Positions 1 to 13,099 of a stretch of DNA of 64,000 nucleotides are shown here, in pieces. This stretch comes from Bugula neritina. Its lineage: Eukaryota; Animalia; Bryozoa. The notes beneath the pieces were generated by a model, which saw nothing but the letters and a program-made list of their open reading frames with translations, was not told the DNA's origin and searched no databases. A program made the translations under genes and the position numbers. The stretch spans positions 11,440,741-11,504,740 of the forward strand of contig OZ037768.1 in the NCBI GenBank assembly GCA_964035545.1, read 5' to 3'. Each line of letters starts with the position of its first letter. Positions within the stretch are counted from its first letter, which is position 1.

Positions 1-559
1 AAACAAATCGACGTTTTAGATGGGTGATAAAAAGAAATGTAGATCGTGAAAAATAGTATCCAATTTTATCAAGCTATCTTGAAAAAAAAAAATTTGCTGA
101 AATACCAAAAATAATTGCCTCTTACTTAGAATTCTATGCTGATATTGAATTTAAAGACTGCAAGACACTATCTCAAATTAAAACCAAGTTGTTTATATAA
201 ACATATGTGTTTGTTATGAATCGACATATTGCATAAGGCATAAGCATGCAGAATAATCATGTATGACCAAGCTATTTATACAAAAATAAAAACAAAGTCA
301 TGCTGATGTGTGAAAAAACTATATTTATAAAATTATAGTACAAAATAAATGTTGAAATGAATAAGTATTGAAATCTTTTGAGCTCAGCCCAAGTGAACCA
401 TTTGCTGGTCTGTCGGTAACCGTTAAACGTCTGCAAAAATCAACAAAATTCTGTAAAATTATTTAGAGGAACAGAAGCATGAGAGATTATCAAAATCAAA
501 TTGGTTGCAGCAAAATATATAACAAATGTCTAAAAATAGTGCTTTATTATGAAAAGTAT

Positions 560-2060
560 TCTCGCCATCATTTTCACTGCCATCAGTCTCATCAGCTTCT
601 TCCCCAATATAAAGGTTCTTTTCAGACAATCCTTACATTGACAAACATCAGTGTATGCACTGCATTTGAGATTTTTGACATCCACATCTTGATATGTTGC
701 AACTGGTCTTACAGGAGCAGTTTAAACTTTGCAATATACATGTTCAGGTGCGGAAGCTTGAATCATCTACTTTATATTTATGTTGCCGTGATTCTCAACA
801 ATCTTTTCATAATGTTCTGGGGTAGTGCATCAATATAGGCTGTTGTCACTCTTCTCCAAATGGCTGCTTGATAATTTGATCTTTTTACATGCAAATTTAA
901 TTCATCTTTTGTTGGAGGCAAACTCTATTAAGTTATTTTAGACTGTGAACAAAATACAGTGTATCAGACATTATCTATATATGGATTTCCTGCTCCATAA
1001 AGCTTATAGATAAATTGTTCTACTTCAGCCGCTGTAATAGCTTACAGCTTAAAATACTTCCCAAGGTGTTCAAAGTTTCCCATACATTATGGATATTTTC
1101 TCAAAAAAGAGTAGGCTGTGCGCTATCCTTTTCCATAAAAAGCACTATAGTCGAATAAAAACCTGTTAAAGCATGAAATCTACCAAGTGCTGCACACAAC
1201 TGCGGTTTGAATTTATTTGCTGCAATGTTGACATCCAAATATATAATATGATTATGGTTTCCTCACGCTATTTTTATTTTGTTACCATATATATTACTAT
1301 TATCTATATAACTGATGAATTGATTGCTAATATGCTAATAGCTATATGTAGCTAATACATATACTAATACTAATACTAATACTAATATAGTAATACATTA
1401 ATAATAGACACTATCTTTAATGGATACTTATTAACAAAATATATTTTCAAACAACAGACAAGATGTATAAAATAATATACAAAATTAATAAGTTAATGCA
1501 AATCAAAAGAATTTATTTATGTGCTAAATAACAAGCAATTGATCCAAGTTTATTTAAATATACATATATTTCAATAATATTAAAATAAGTTGCACATGAA
1601 AATAAATTTTACCAAAATAAATAACTAGTGTCTAAGTAGGAAATTTACCCTAGCCTCTATCTGGCATGACACCATGATTACCACACCCGTGAAAAAATAT
1701 AATTGGTAAGAAGGTAATGTTTTGGAAATAGCGAGACTTAGGATGAAAACATCAGTGTCTTGAGATTTGATTATTACACGTGAGATTATGATGTTCATAA
1801 GATATTTTGCATGTAACAAAGTTTGTGTATCTGCTTCCTCATGATCTAATTGTAAACATTTGAGTTGTGCTTTCTTAGGAATTCCACCATGTTTGTAAAG
1901 CTCTAACTGAATGCAATTTGCTTTTGGTATGCATCAACTATAATAACAATATTGTTCTCTAAAATATTTTTACTCCATGTTTCACACAAAAATGCACCAG
2001 TCTTAAACTCAGCTTATTTTATTTGCTGATAAGAAATTATTATTTTTGTAACAAATGGCA
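560..2060 (-). mobile_element. Decayed Academ (AcademX-type) DNA transposon ORF: XPG/FEN-like nuclease region plus C-terminal Cys-rich zinc finger
   Basis: Minus-strand translation across frameshifts and stops gives, in order: CLQLDHEEADTQTLLHAKY (~1805-1860), SQDTDVFILSLA (~1731-1765), LCAALGRFHALTG..AFYGKG (~1125-1200), SLPPTKDELNLHVKRSNYQAAIWRR (~850-925) and a CSCKTSCNISRCGC..C..C.C Cys cluster (~620-720). XPG domain plus Cys8 finger is the known AcademX architecture. Termini not identified. Confidence 0.7.
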
Positions 2061-2589
2061 CACATGAAAAAAGTACATGCCTATGATCTTTAAATGAGGC
2101 AGCCCAAGGTCATTTTTCTAATGGGTGGTCTAAATATAACCATATTATATATTAAAAATTATAGGAAAGCTTTAGGGTATTTCTTCTGTAACTATAACTG
2201 AGATAAATTGGCTCTATAGTCATTATATCAAGATAGTATAAAAATATGCATTTTAACCAATAACATTGTTTTAAAAACCAAATTGCTTATGTATATATAG
2301 TTCAGCCTAAATTTATTGGCAAAGCTCAATTGTACACATTTAAAATATTATCTTCCGGAGTGCAGATCAACCAGCTCATGCTTCTCATTACTTTTTTGTA
2401 AAAGTAGTTATTATAATAAAAATGGTGAAGAAAATCATTGTCAGACACAGCTTTACTTATAATTCGCCTTTTTTATAGCCGATCAATAATAATGTTTGCC
2501 TTATAACTAATAAACCCATTCCTTTGCTTGTTTTCATCCATATAATCTACTTTTTCAGATTTTTTCACAAAAAAATCACTAAAAATAAA

Positions 2590-2970
2590 CTCAGAGAAGT
2601 GAAAAACACATCTATGATTATCTGCAAAATTTTTTGCTTGTATATATAATAAACTAGCTTCAATAATTTCAAAATAATATTTAATGAATTTAGACAAAGT
2701 TGTGGGGAAACAACTCCTGTAACATTTTAAAGAGTTTTTGTGACTAACCGGGTAGACAGAAAAATTTAGAGTTTTTATAAAAGAAAAGTGAAAAAAATAT
2801 CTATAATTATCAGCAAATTTATTTTGCTTATATAAAATAAATTAGCTTGAATAATTCCAAAATATTTAGCAGATTCACAAAAACGTTAAGAGAAAACAAC
2901 TCCTGATTAATTTTAAAAGTTTGAAGCGCTTTTGTGGCTAACTGGGTGCACAGAACAGTCTAGAGTTTTC
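2590..2970. repeat. Diverged tandem duplication, two ~190-bp units
   Basis: Blocks such as tagcttcaataatttcaaaata/tagcttgaataattccaaaata, aaacaactcctg and tttgtg(a/g)ctaac(c/t)gggt..acagaa..tagagtttt recur ~190 bp apart. Probably subterminal repeats of a non-autonomous DNA element. Confidence 0.6.
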
Positions 2971-3469
2971 ACAGATTAATTAGGGCCCTTCAAACTTTCT
3001 ATTTCTAAAAAAATTGCGTGGCCACCCCTCGAAGTGTAATGAGTGAAAGATAATTGGAGGTTACTTCTAGACTATATAAGCTTTACAAACTTGCTGTTAT
3101 CAAGTATAAATAGACATTGTTTAAATCTGTGAAAATTTTAAAGTCATTGTTTTATATTTTTACACCCATAGTTACTGGCAATGTTATCAGGATGCAGCAT
3201 GCAGTAAAGTTGGTCTCCTGGGTAATGCATACATGTTGTAGAATTATTTGCTACTCAACTATTCAGGGTTATTATGTAATTCTTGATTAAAACATTCTTC
3301 GCCACCCAGTCATATTATAATATCATCATTAATTATTACTATGTTACTTCCATCTCTTGCACATAGGTGTAATTTAAACAAAATCTAGTCATTCAATTTG
3401 AATAATTAAAATCAACAACTATATTGAATTTAGTGATCAAGCCAATAGTTCAATAAATGACTTTAATTA

Positions 3470-3627
<158 letters not shown>

Positions 3628-3653
3628 GAAATAAAATGAGATTTGATTAATAT

Positions 3654-3720
3654 AATGGCATTTATTACTAGTAGTTTCGTACACAAGAACGATGTGCACT
3701 CGTCAGATAAATTAGCCACT
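3654..3720 (-). ncRNA. Type I hammerhead ribozyme (minimal, Penelope-like-element type)
   Basis: Minus strand reads agtggc-ta-atttat CTGACGA gtgcaca-tcgttct-tgtgtac GAAA c-tacta-g TA^ ataaat-gccatt. It has an intact core (CUGANGA, GAAA, GUA cleavage triplet), a 7-bp stem II, stem I of 6 bp + 2-nt bulge + 4-6 bp, and a short stem III. Confidence 0.85.
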
Positions 3721-3755
3721 AGAGCACTCTAGTAACGTTTTATAAACACTCATTT

Positions 3756-3758
<3 letters not shown>

Positions 3759-3826
<68 letters not shown>
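3759..3826. repeat. (TA)n microsatellite
   Basis: Directly visible. Confidence 0.95.
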
Positions 3827-3829
<3 letters not shown>

Positions 3830-5410
3830 ACAAATGTATATTTTACCCCACCCTCACTTTACCCTAGGTATTAACTGTGAAACTCAAAAACAAAAAATAA
3901 TTACATTAATTCCTGTTTAAATTAGTTTTGAAAGAAATACAACTAATTAAACAACAGTTCAATTAATTTGCGATATAATTTAATACTACAATCTTCATTA
4001 CAATATAATACTTCTATCTAATCTATGATCAAATCTGGAATATAATTTCATCATTTCACTAACTACAGAAATATGTCATTAGTTTGTTAACAAGCAAGCC
4101 AAACTACTCTATTTTCAACCCCTACTGAAAATAGAAACTAAAAAATAATATCTTTAATTAACTATATTATTGTCATGGCATTTCCATGATTCACAGTTTT
4201 AACGAGATGGAATTCCTCAAAACATGTTTATATGTAAACCTGCATTTTAGTTTTACTGAGGGTTTTTAATATGTTGAAATTTAATACAACTATTTTTATG
4301 ATTTTATAATTTAACTTATATGTAATAGGATCTTGTACAAATAAACATATTTATTTATAGAGCTTTTATTTTACTGTAGTTTTTTCTAAAACCGAACTTT
4401 AGAAAATTTAAATTTGCATGGCACGTATAAGAAACATATTATTTAAAATGATACTATCAAAATTAGTCTAGTTTATATCAAAGTTGTAAGACAATCTCGG
4501 TTACATACGTGTATTTTATTAACATATAAGAAACAAGACATTGTACAGTAGAATCTCAAGATACTTTAAAGGTACAATCTTATAAATTTCCTTTGATCTT
4601 GTTTTACAAAAGAAAACTAGAACTTTAAGATTTTTCTTATAGTATGTGTGTAGAACTGTTTGTAGTGAGCTGTGCTTATTTCACATGCCAGCCTGTTAAG
4701 TGTTGTGAATCTACTAGTACTTTTTTTTTCAAATACAACATTTAATCTGTGGCCAGAATATAATATATACTATTCATAACGACACTATATTAAGGCACGC
4801 TACATGATATTGTATAACTACAACAATGTATTCTATGTAGTTAGAAAATAGTAGGTGACTTTGGGGTGGTTTTATAGGCTATTCACTTTAATGTTAAATA
4901 TAGGATAGCCAAGTGGTATGCAAAAGTTTACAGAAACTGCAGCTAAATAACATTAGGTATATAAAGCAAGCTAAGTATCTTAATAACCGTCTTTCCATGG
5001 ATCGATCTCAGATTAAACTTGGCCAGTTCGATCTATGGAAAGATGTCACCCCCAACTCGGAGCTGCTTGTAAAACAATTCTACTTGAGTGGTAAACATAT
5101 TTGAAGATTTTGCTCTATAAGCTTAGTTAATTAACTGTCCTTTTAACATATTTGTTGAATGGACAACTCTAAGATATGTTAATATTTTGGTGTATATTCA
5201 GCACATTTGAATGAGGGAAAATAGTCACAACTAATTTGAATATCTATTCTTTGACACATGGAGAGTTCAATTTCTAGAGAGAGATGAAAATGTGTTAAAT
5301 CATTGGAAAATGAGCTTTTTGCTATTACTGGCTCTGCCACAAATTTTTGCTATTTATTAAAACAGTATTTATTGAAACAATAGCAACATGATTAGTATCC
5401 ACTCTCTAGA

Positions 5411-5604
5411 GAGCAGCCGACATCTAGAGGTTTATAGCACTTGCTTAGTAAACACGAAGTCATGGGTTTGAACTCCAGTGAAGGCCAGTGGTGATGTTAG
5501 GAAGAGCATCCAATCATAATTGCTCCTGTGTCACGTATTAATTATGAACAAATCTGTAGCCGCTTTAAAAAAAACTTTTTTATCAGGATTTCTCACAGGG
5601 ATAG
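5411..5604 (+). mobile_element. tRNA-derived SINE, degenerate copy
   Basis: Aligns by eye to the copy at 34971-35187: gagcagccg..., B-box-like gggtttgaactcc, and body ggtgatgttaggaagagcatccaatcataattgctcctgtg. Confidence 0.75.
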
Positions 5605-5911
5605 TGAGCTCTTAGTATCTAATCACTGTTCAGAAAACTTGCATATATAGAAGCAACATTATCAAAAAGTATTTTTTTCAGCAAATTTGCTGATATGAAA
5701 ACAAAATCATATAATACTAACTGAATGCAAAATATGTTATCCATCAAAGTTTACAAGTCATGACATGTTTTTAGTATTCCCCACCCAACGAAACCTCCTA
5801 GTGACCACTAAATACATACTCCAGAGAAGATTTGCTGGAGTCAAATGATTAAGTTCAAAAAATAATAAGCTGAAATTACATAATATAACAAGTTAGAAGG
5901 GATTAAGGGAA

Positions 5912-5990
5912 TCTGTCTATTGAGTTGTCAAATAATTGTATTGGTCTAGTGACTAGACCAATACAATTATTTGACAACTCAATAGACAGA
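5912..5990. repeat. Perfect palindrome, 39-bp arms with a 1-nt spacer
   Basis: 5912-5950 is the exact reverse complement of 5952-5990. Confidence 0.95.
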
Positions 5991-5999
5991 CTCTAGTCG

Positions 6000-6338
6000 C
6001 TAGTGTCTACTTCCTTTTTGGAGCGAGGGCCACGGAAATGAAATGTTTCATGGTGAGGGCCACATTGTAATATTTAGCTTGGGCTGGGGGCCACAGCATC
6101 AGTAATTTTCAAATTACTTTACTCCAAATTCCCATGAATCATTGCAAAATGAAGTCTTAATAATTACTGCAAGCTGCATATGTTTTAGCATATAGAAAAT
6201 AAGACATTTAAAAGGTGGTTTTCCAACTTTAACTCATATACATGTGCAAAATAATTTTATCTGTTATGCATTTGAGGACCCCATAAATGTAGGCTGGGGG
6301 CCACATTCAGCCCTGAGACCGCCTGTTGGACAGCCCAG
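6000..6338. mobile_element. hAT-like non-autonomous element (MITE), degenerate left end
   Basis: Repeated subterminal gggccac motifs and a right end ...ccgcctgttggacagcccag resembling the ttggacacccctg terminus of hAT/Charlie MITEs. Confidence 0.55.
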
Positions 6339-6581
6339 GTTTAAAGGCTAAAATGGAGTTATACTTTTTTAAAAATCAAACCCTCTACATCACAATGTGT
6401 CAGTGTCATTTCCATATGCTTAATATTAATTTTTGATGCTATTGTAATGCACACACTTCTTTATACATCTTTTTTAATTGTTGAACTGCATGATATTGCA
6501 GCAAATAATGTGTTGCTTCATTTGGTATTTGTGGTAAATATTCTCTAATTTAGCATTTAGCAGATTTAGCTATATTTAGCA

Positions 6582-7371
6582 CAAATAGAGGGAGGAAGGG
6601 TGGAAGAGAGATTAGAGGCATGGCGTGGACATCTAGAGGACGCAGGTCTCAAGGTGAGCCGGAAGAAAACTGAGCATCTTCCACCAAGGGAAAGCACCAC
6701 CAGGATCAGAATGAAAAGATATGACCAGGAAGACTACACTGAGCTACCAACAACAAACAAGTTCAAGTATTTGGGGACAGTGATAGATCAGGGTGGAGGC
6801 TGTGAGGCGGAAGTCACAAGAAGAATAAGTGCAGCGTGGGATAGATGGAGGGACCCATCAGGAGTTCTGTGAGATAAAAAAGTGCCTAAACAACTGAAGG
6901 TATTACTCTACAAAACAATCATAAAACCAACACTGATATATGGCAATGAAACATGGCCCATCACCCAGAGGCAAGAACATATAGAGGCAACCGAAATGCG
7001 AATGCTCAGACACATACAGGGAATAAACTGGGAGGATCATATTAGGAATGAAGACATAAGGAGCAAAGCTAAGGTTAAACCTGTGTCTAGGCATATGAGG
7101 AAGAGAAGACTTCAGTGGTATGGTCATGTGCAGAGGAGAGATAGTGAAGAGGATATTAGATATGTGACTGAGTTGAAAATAGTGGGGAAGAGAAAGAGAG
7201 GACGACCCAAACGAAGATGGATGGACACGATAGGAGATGATATGAAGAGATGGGATCTTAAACCAGAGGATGCAGAAGACCGAGAAAGATGGCAGACGCT
7301 GATAGAGATTGAAAACCTGCAGACCGGTCACCCGTACAGGACTACGACCGTATAGGTGTGAAAGGTGTGAA
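6582..7371 (+). mobile_element. 5'-truncated RTE-clade non-LTR retrotransposon (RT C-terminus), one in-frame stop
   Basis: ORFs 6600-6872 and 6882-7355 are in the same frame, split by a TGA (VL*DKK). Motifs: GLKVSRKKTE, FKYLG, LYKTIIKPTLIYGNETW, RLQWYGHVQRR, GKRKRGRPKRRW. It has a (GGTGTGAAA)2 3' tail and a 14-bp TSD agctatatttagca at 6568-6581 and 7372-7385. Confidence 0.92.
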
Positions 7372-7879
7372 AGCTATATTTAGCAGATTTAGCTATATTT
7401 ATCGCAAATGCATTTTAATCTTACTTCAAAATTGAAACGAATTTGAAAAATAGCAAAGTTTCTTTATTCGGTTTAGCTGTTACAAAATTATATGGCTACC
7501 AGAGATTATTCTAGTTCTTGTGTATCGATACAATATATTAAAATATTATTTAGTAGTCTACTATAAGTGGCTTATGATGACTTTGCACATGTGATATATT
7601 GTATAGCAGTATCTGATGGGCTCACTGTATTTTTTAGTACTGTTGTGCAGTGCCTTTTTTATAGACATTCTGGAGACTACAAGTTCCTTTAGTCTTCATA
7701 CATTTGTATATATAAATAATATTATCACAGTAAGAGCAATCAGTAGGAAAATCTACATACAAACGTATCATTGCATGTGTACATCCTGCCTAACAGCCTG
7801 CTGAGTGTTTAAGTAGAACTAGCTCTAACTAACTAGCAGCCTCAACTCCCAATCTCTAACTTAATGATTTATAACTCCT

Positions 7880-8050
7880 TGTTACTGGACCTAGGCTAAA
7901 CTTTATGAAATTCACTAGAAGCAGCACGGTGTTGGTGGGCATTGAGTGTCTGGAGTTGGGACTTAGAGTTCGAACACTGATGTCTATTATACAAATGCTG
8001 TGCTCAGTCACTCCAACTCAGTGCTGTTTCTAGAATATTCAAATTTTATG
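7880..8050. mobile_element. Degenerate fold-back element / MITE
   Basis: ctagaagcagcacggtgttgg..ttgagt (~7915-7948) is imperfectly inverted at tgctcagt..tccaactcagtgctgtttctag (~8001-8033). Confidence 0.4.
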
Positions 8051-9988
8051 GGATGCATGTACAGTCTTTGGCTAACAACTGGATACAACTATACCAAAGC
8101 TAATATATATGTAAATTATATAGAGAGATTACTTCAGATTACAAATGATTATGGAATTATAAAAAGCAGCATTAATAAATTTTTTATTACTATCCTGCAT
8201 TATACATAACAGAAACATTCTCTCTTTGATAATTCATCAGCCCTTTTTTATAGCATTATTAAATTTTAAATAATTATTCTTGGTGCTCGTATAATAATAA
8301 ACAAACATGTGTAAAGTAAAGCTAAAATTTACCACCACATCACAAGACTTGTGTAAGATGATGGCTATTATACATAAATTTGCAGTAAAAAATACGACAC
8401 TGACTTGATCCAAGCAAATGTCAAGTCAGCATTCCAAAAACTCAAGATTTACACCCCTGAGAATCTTATATCACATTTGAGTGCGGTGAGACACTCTTCA
8501 GTATTGACTTCCATTCTCTTATTTTACTTAATATTTTGAAAGTTAATAAAGAGCTTCAAGTAGTAAAACTTTTTCAATGAATGGTTTGCTGGTCAATAGG
8601 ATTTTCGAACCAGATTCAAAATGATGACTACCAACACTATTTCTTCTCTGTTTTGAAGTTGGTATTTTCTAAGCTCATCATATCAGAACATAAAAGAGTA
8701 AAATTGTCCTGACTTTACTTAAGTTGCTATATGAGTTGCCCCCTCAATGTCAACATACGAATTTGACTTCTGAAGTATTTGATGAATGGTTGTTCATGTT
8801 TAAAACTTACTGTATGAATTGCTGTTTAAGTGACCATGTCAAACCCTACTCAGCATCTTATCTAAAATGTGGAAAGATTTGCTATCTCATTTATCAACAT
8901 ATAGGTGTAAAAAATTCCGTTCAACCATGTGTATTATGTTTTAATAACCTGCATTACTTCCAAGTGAACACTTTGACTCACATAAAATTTCCATAAAACC
9001 CTTGGAAAAAGTTGACGCCATTTTTGTTTTGAAACAATAATAATTATAAGATTAAGAAAAGGCAAGAATCAACATCTTTGCATCTGGTACACACAACCTA
9101 ATTTGGCAAGAAAACTTTGTAGATTGTGACTAGTTGCTTCTATACAAAATTAACCAGTTTCATTAGTGTTAGTTTAAACTAATACGATTCCTCTATATTA
9201 TAGGGTTACACTTGGCTGTAAACTTTCTCAGTTTTGATTTGATTTCTGGGTTTGTAGTAGTTTGTTGCACACCAGATAGACAATCTACTATTAAATTAAA
9301 CTAAAAAGACCCTGTAAATATACACCCACCATTTCAACCTTAAGGTGCTGTCGACATGCTACTTTAGAAACAATCTCCCTTGCTACTTGCATGGTGCTTA
9401 AATAAGCAGCACTTCCCATATTTCAGCCAGTCTTAGGGCACTATAATAAGTAGTTAATGCATTCTAACTGAAAAATATTAACAATTACAATATAACTAAC
9501 ACATATCCACAGAGAAGTATTGGAGAGTTTGAAAGAATGTAACATTGCCAGCTTTTTAGTAACCCAGTTTGTTATGATATTTATAAGTGACAGCAGTGTT
9601 AGCTGACATTGGATATGTGCTTTTCTTGTTTGACCTTCTGCTGTCTCTAGAGCACAGCAGCTGTTACATTAAAGGAGTATATATTGTTATTATATTAAAC
9701 CAACGATGCCATTATCACATCCAAGATTAAGTAAGACCTTAGAAGCAGCAAACGAAGCTGATATCATTCAAGAGAATTGATTAATTGTCAAATGCATACA
9801 TAATGTATCTAAAATAGTCAACTCGCATCAATTATATTTCTAGAAACTTCTCCAAACTGTAAGAGTGGGTGACGTGCGAATGTATTTATATCTAAGACTG
9901 AAGTGACGTATAAACTACATACAGGCCAAAAATAGATACAACTGTAGATTTTGGCTCTAGATTATCATCTCTACAGCTGTACTACAAT

Positions 9989-10056
9989 GCCACTGGCTTT
10001 GTTCAGCCACTGGCTTTGTTCAGCCACTGGCTTTGTTCAGCCACTGGCTTTGTTCA
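9989..10056. repeat. Tandem repeat, four perfect copies of the 17-mer GCCACTGGCTTTGTTCA
   Basis: Directly visible; no spacers. Confidence 0.95.
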
Positions 10057-12029
10057 CCATATATATGCACCTCTCTACAAATATTGTCTATGGTAAAGAG
10101 CTACGACTATATGAACCTATATGCATACAATGATTGGAGTATTCAGTCCGTCTCATCTTATTATATCATCAGTCACCTCTTTTGGTTTCAGTACTAGTAA
10201 TTATTTCTATTTTGAAGTAAGCAAATAGCAGTAATTTATACCTTGTACACTGTAAATATATGCAATAGTATTACTACACCATTTACCTAGACTATTCCGC
10301 ATATTGAGTCAAAGAAGCAAGTTTTTCATCCAACGACCTAATTTATTGGAATTAGGAAAATCCTGTCATTGAACAACTATCTAAACTTTTTTGCTTCAAA
10401 TACATGAGAAAATTTTACTCAGCTTATAAAAAAACAAAACCTACTTCAAAAATACCAAAGTCAGTAAAATAAACTATCTCATCACCTTTAGAGCAGCAGT
10501 TATTCTTCAAAACTGTAACTGTTGAACTTTTTGGGAGATAGCCATATAGAAATTAGTTTTACAATTGAACTTTATATAGTGATATAGCTGTATATTCTAC
10601 CATAACAGCATTGGAGATGCAGAAACTGACCTCCATGTTATAGTGTCATGCAGTATACATAATTTATATACTCGGTATCAATAAATCATGACCAGTGCCC
10701 ACCACCAACATAACTACACCAGCTGGCCAAATATCTTTCAGCTCGTGGAAGGAAGGTAAATGGTTAGTAGGAAATTTATTGGCATTAAACTATTAAAAGA
10801 GATGACATTTGAGAAAGGTTACAAGTCAATTGTGTAGGCTTTACAGCTATCCACTTTAAATCGAAAATGTTTGCTATAGGATGTTACAATATAACAACTT
10901 TTAAGACAATGTTATGATTTATACAATATACATAATGTTTGTGCAAGTGTTATATACATTAGTACAATATATAGTATATACATAATTCATATTGAAATAT
11001 TGCACTCCACAATATTGCAGATCAACTTAAAATTTGCTGGTAAGTGACACTTCATTGACACAACCCTTATAAATATAAATTTCTATTATTATAATATTAT
11101 GGAATATTGTTATGGAGCAATTAATGCCATGCAGCAAAGTTTCGTATAGTTATTGTAGAATACAGCCTGCTTTCTCCATGAACTCTAGTCTACATTAAGT
11201 AACTCATCATATTCTATAAATTTTGAGAGCTAATGAAGCAAAGCAAGTTTTTTTTAGATAATTTCAACGAGGCTCTTCACATAACATGAGATTGATGATT
11301 GATAATGATATAATGCAGTCTATCCATGCTCTCAACTTTTCATTGTTTGTGAAGCTGCAGCTAGTTTAAACAAAATGGCCTAGCTGTGTAACATATGCAG
11401 GAAGCAAATTTCAAATACAGAAATATAAAATACTTTAGTTTTGGTAGCATAAACCACCTGTAAAAGTCTTCAAAAGCTGATTTCACTCAATAAATGTTAA
11501 GTTTTTTATAAAATATTTTTAGACCTAACAGAGTGAATGGTGCCAAGCAACACTCTGTAAGTTGGTAAAGCTCAGTTTTTTACATGAACATTACATCTCA
11601 AGTTCACAAATGAGGTTCATCACTAATCATGCACCTTTATTTACTAGCTCTAAGAATAGTAACAGCGCATAATATAATGCATATATGGTACAATTTTACT
11701 TATAACTTCAAATGTTGTTGAAACTTGATCTTAAACTAATAAACCCCTATTAATTAATTTACTAGTGAATTAGCTTCACTGATTCATATATTTAGTATAT
11801 TTACAAAGTGAATCATATATTTTTCTCCATAAACACCATACTATATAAAAATGATGTGTTTAAAACAAGTCCAGAAGTCCTTAACATGCAAAACTTTGAA
11901 TAATAAAAGCTTCTTGTCTTAAACTATGGAGTCAACCTCTAATTTGCTTAATATATATGCAACTACCAAGTTTATATCCATGATCTCAATTCGATTTGAG
12001 CATTTATGTTCACCTATAATTAAATCTGG

Positions 12030-12320
12030 CAACTCGACTATTACACGGTTCTCAAATACCTGACGTCAGTATTTAATACTTTTGGGAATTTTCATCTCTA
12101 CATAATCACAAACTGATATTGATGCGAACAAGCTTAAAGCATTATGATTGGTCGTATATGCAAACAGGCTTGTGTTGCCTGCGTTTATATTATCAAATTA
12201 GCCGAGCCGTAGCGATTAGGTTTCTTTGTGTGAGATAGAAAGCAGCGGGAAAGCAGTCGCAATGTGGCTTTATCTTTTTCTATGGCTAGGTATGAACGAC
12301 CTACTCCGTAACGTTCGAAG
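12030..12320 (+). promoter_or_regulatory. CpG-enriched candidate promoter with a candidate first exon
   Basis: CpG excess over background, a perfect CRE TGACGTCA at 12061-12068, an inverted CCAAT near 12146, then ATG 12262 and a donor AG|GTATGA at 12289/12290. Confidence 0.5.
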
Positions 12321-13099
12321 GCTAAATAGTAGTGTAAGTGTTACCTGCAATAATTATCACTCTAACTTTTCTTTCAGTATGGGTATTAGTATTATAAGTA
12401 TAGCTTGTTTCGTGAGCAGGAATTTTATCTTAGAATAAAATTACTTATAGTTTTAGTTTATACATACATTCGTACTTAGATTAGTGAATTACATTCACTT
12501 TCAGATCCTAGCTTATCATAAGATTAAGGGTAGCCTATACACCCATAATAATTAGTAGTATTATTATTCCGTAAAGCTTGGCATTCTCTTTTGCAATATT
12601 TTGGTTGTATTAGTATAAGTATTACTATTTAAAACGTGCACTACACCGTACACTCATACAGGTACTAGCTGTTAGTGTTTATAATCATACAAGCGGAGTA
12701 TCAGTGATAACGAGTTGATTACACTTGCAGGTTTGTCTGTTAAAGAAATTAAGCATGAGAGACAGTTCTTTGTTTTGAACTGATTCAACCCTCTCAATCA
12801 AAATACCACGTAAATGTGAAGTATTAGTATGGCACCAATATAGTGAATATAAAATGGTGTAACTATATAAATAAAATTATGTAATACTGACAAAACTTTT
12901 AGAGATTTCCTCTATGACTATTATTTAGTTATACATTAATTTTTAATTTCCAGTACACCCATGGCCATAGTGATGGAGTATTTGTTGCGAGCAGCTAACA
13001 ACCATCCAATATTTTCATATTTTAGAAATGTTCTCTTCTTTTTATTTGCTTTCTTAGAAGATTATTTCAATTTCAAGTTAAAAACTGTTGGGACTAATT

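Noticed and set aside
479-838. 119-aa plus-strand ORF
   Set aside because: Antisense shadow of the Academ relic; no recognisable protein features.
8250-9330. Possible decayed minus-strand reverse-transcriptase fragment
   Set aside because: Only faint hints (KNGV..QG-like); too degraded to support a feature call.
9989-10056. 17-bp repeat (and the 26-bp repeat at 25.9 kb) as CRISPR-like arrays
   Set aside because: Head-to-tail units without unique spacers, eukaryotic context and no cas genes.
10160-10200. Other CTGANGA matches as further hammerheads (also ~14090, 31008, 34022)
   Set aside because: No correctly placed GAAA with stems I-III.
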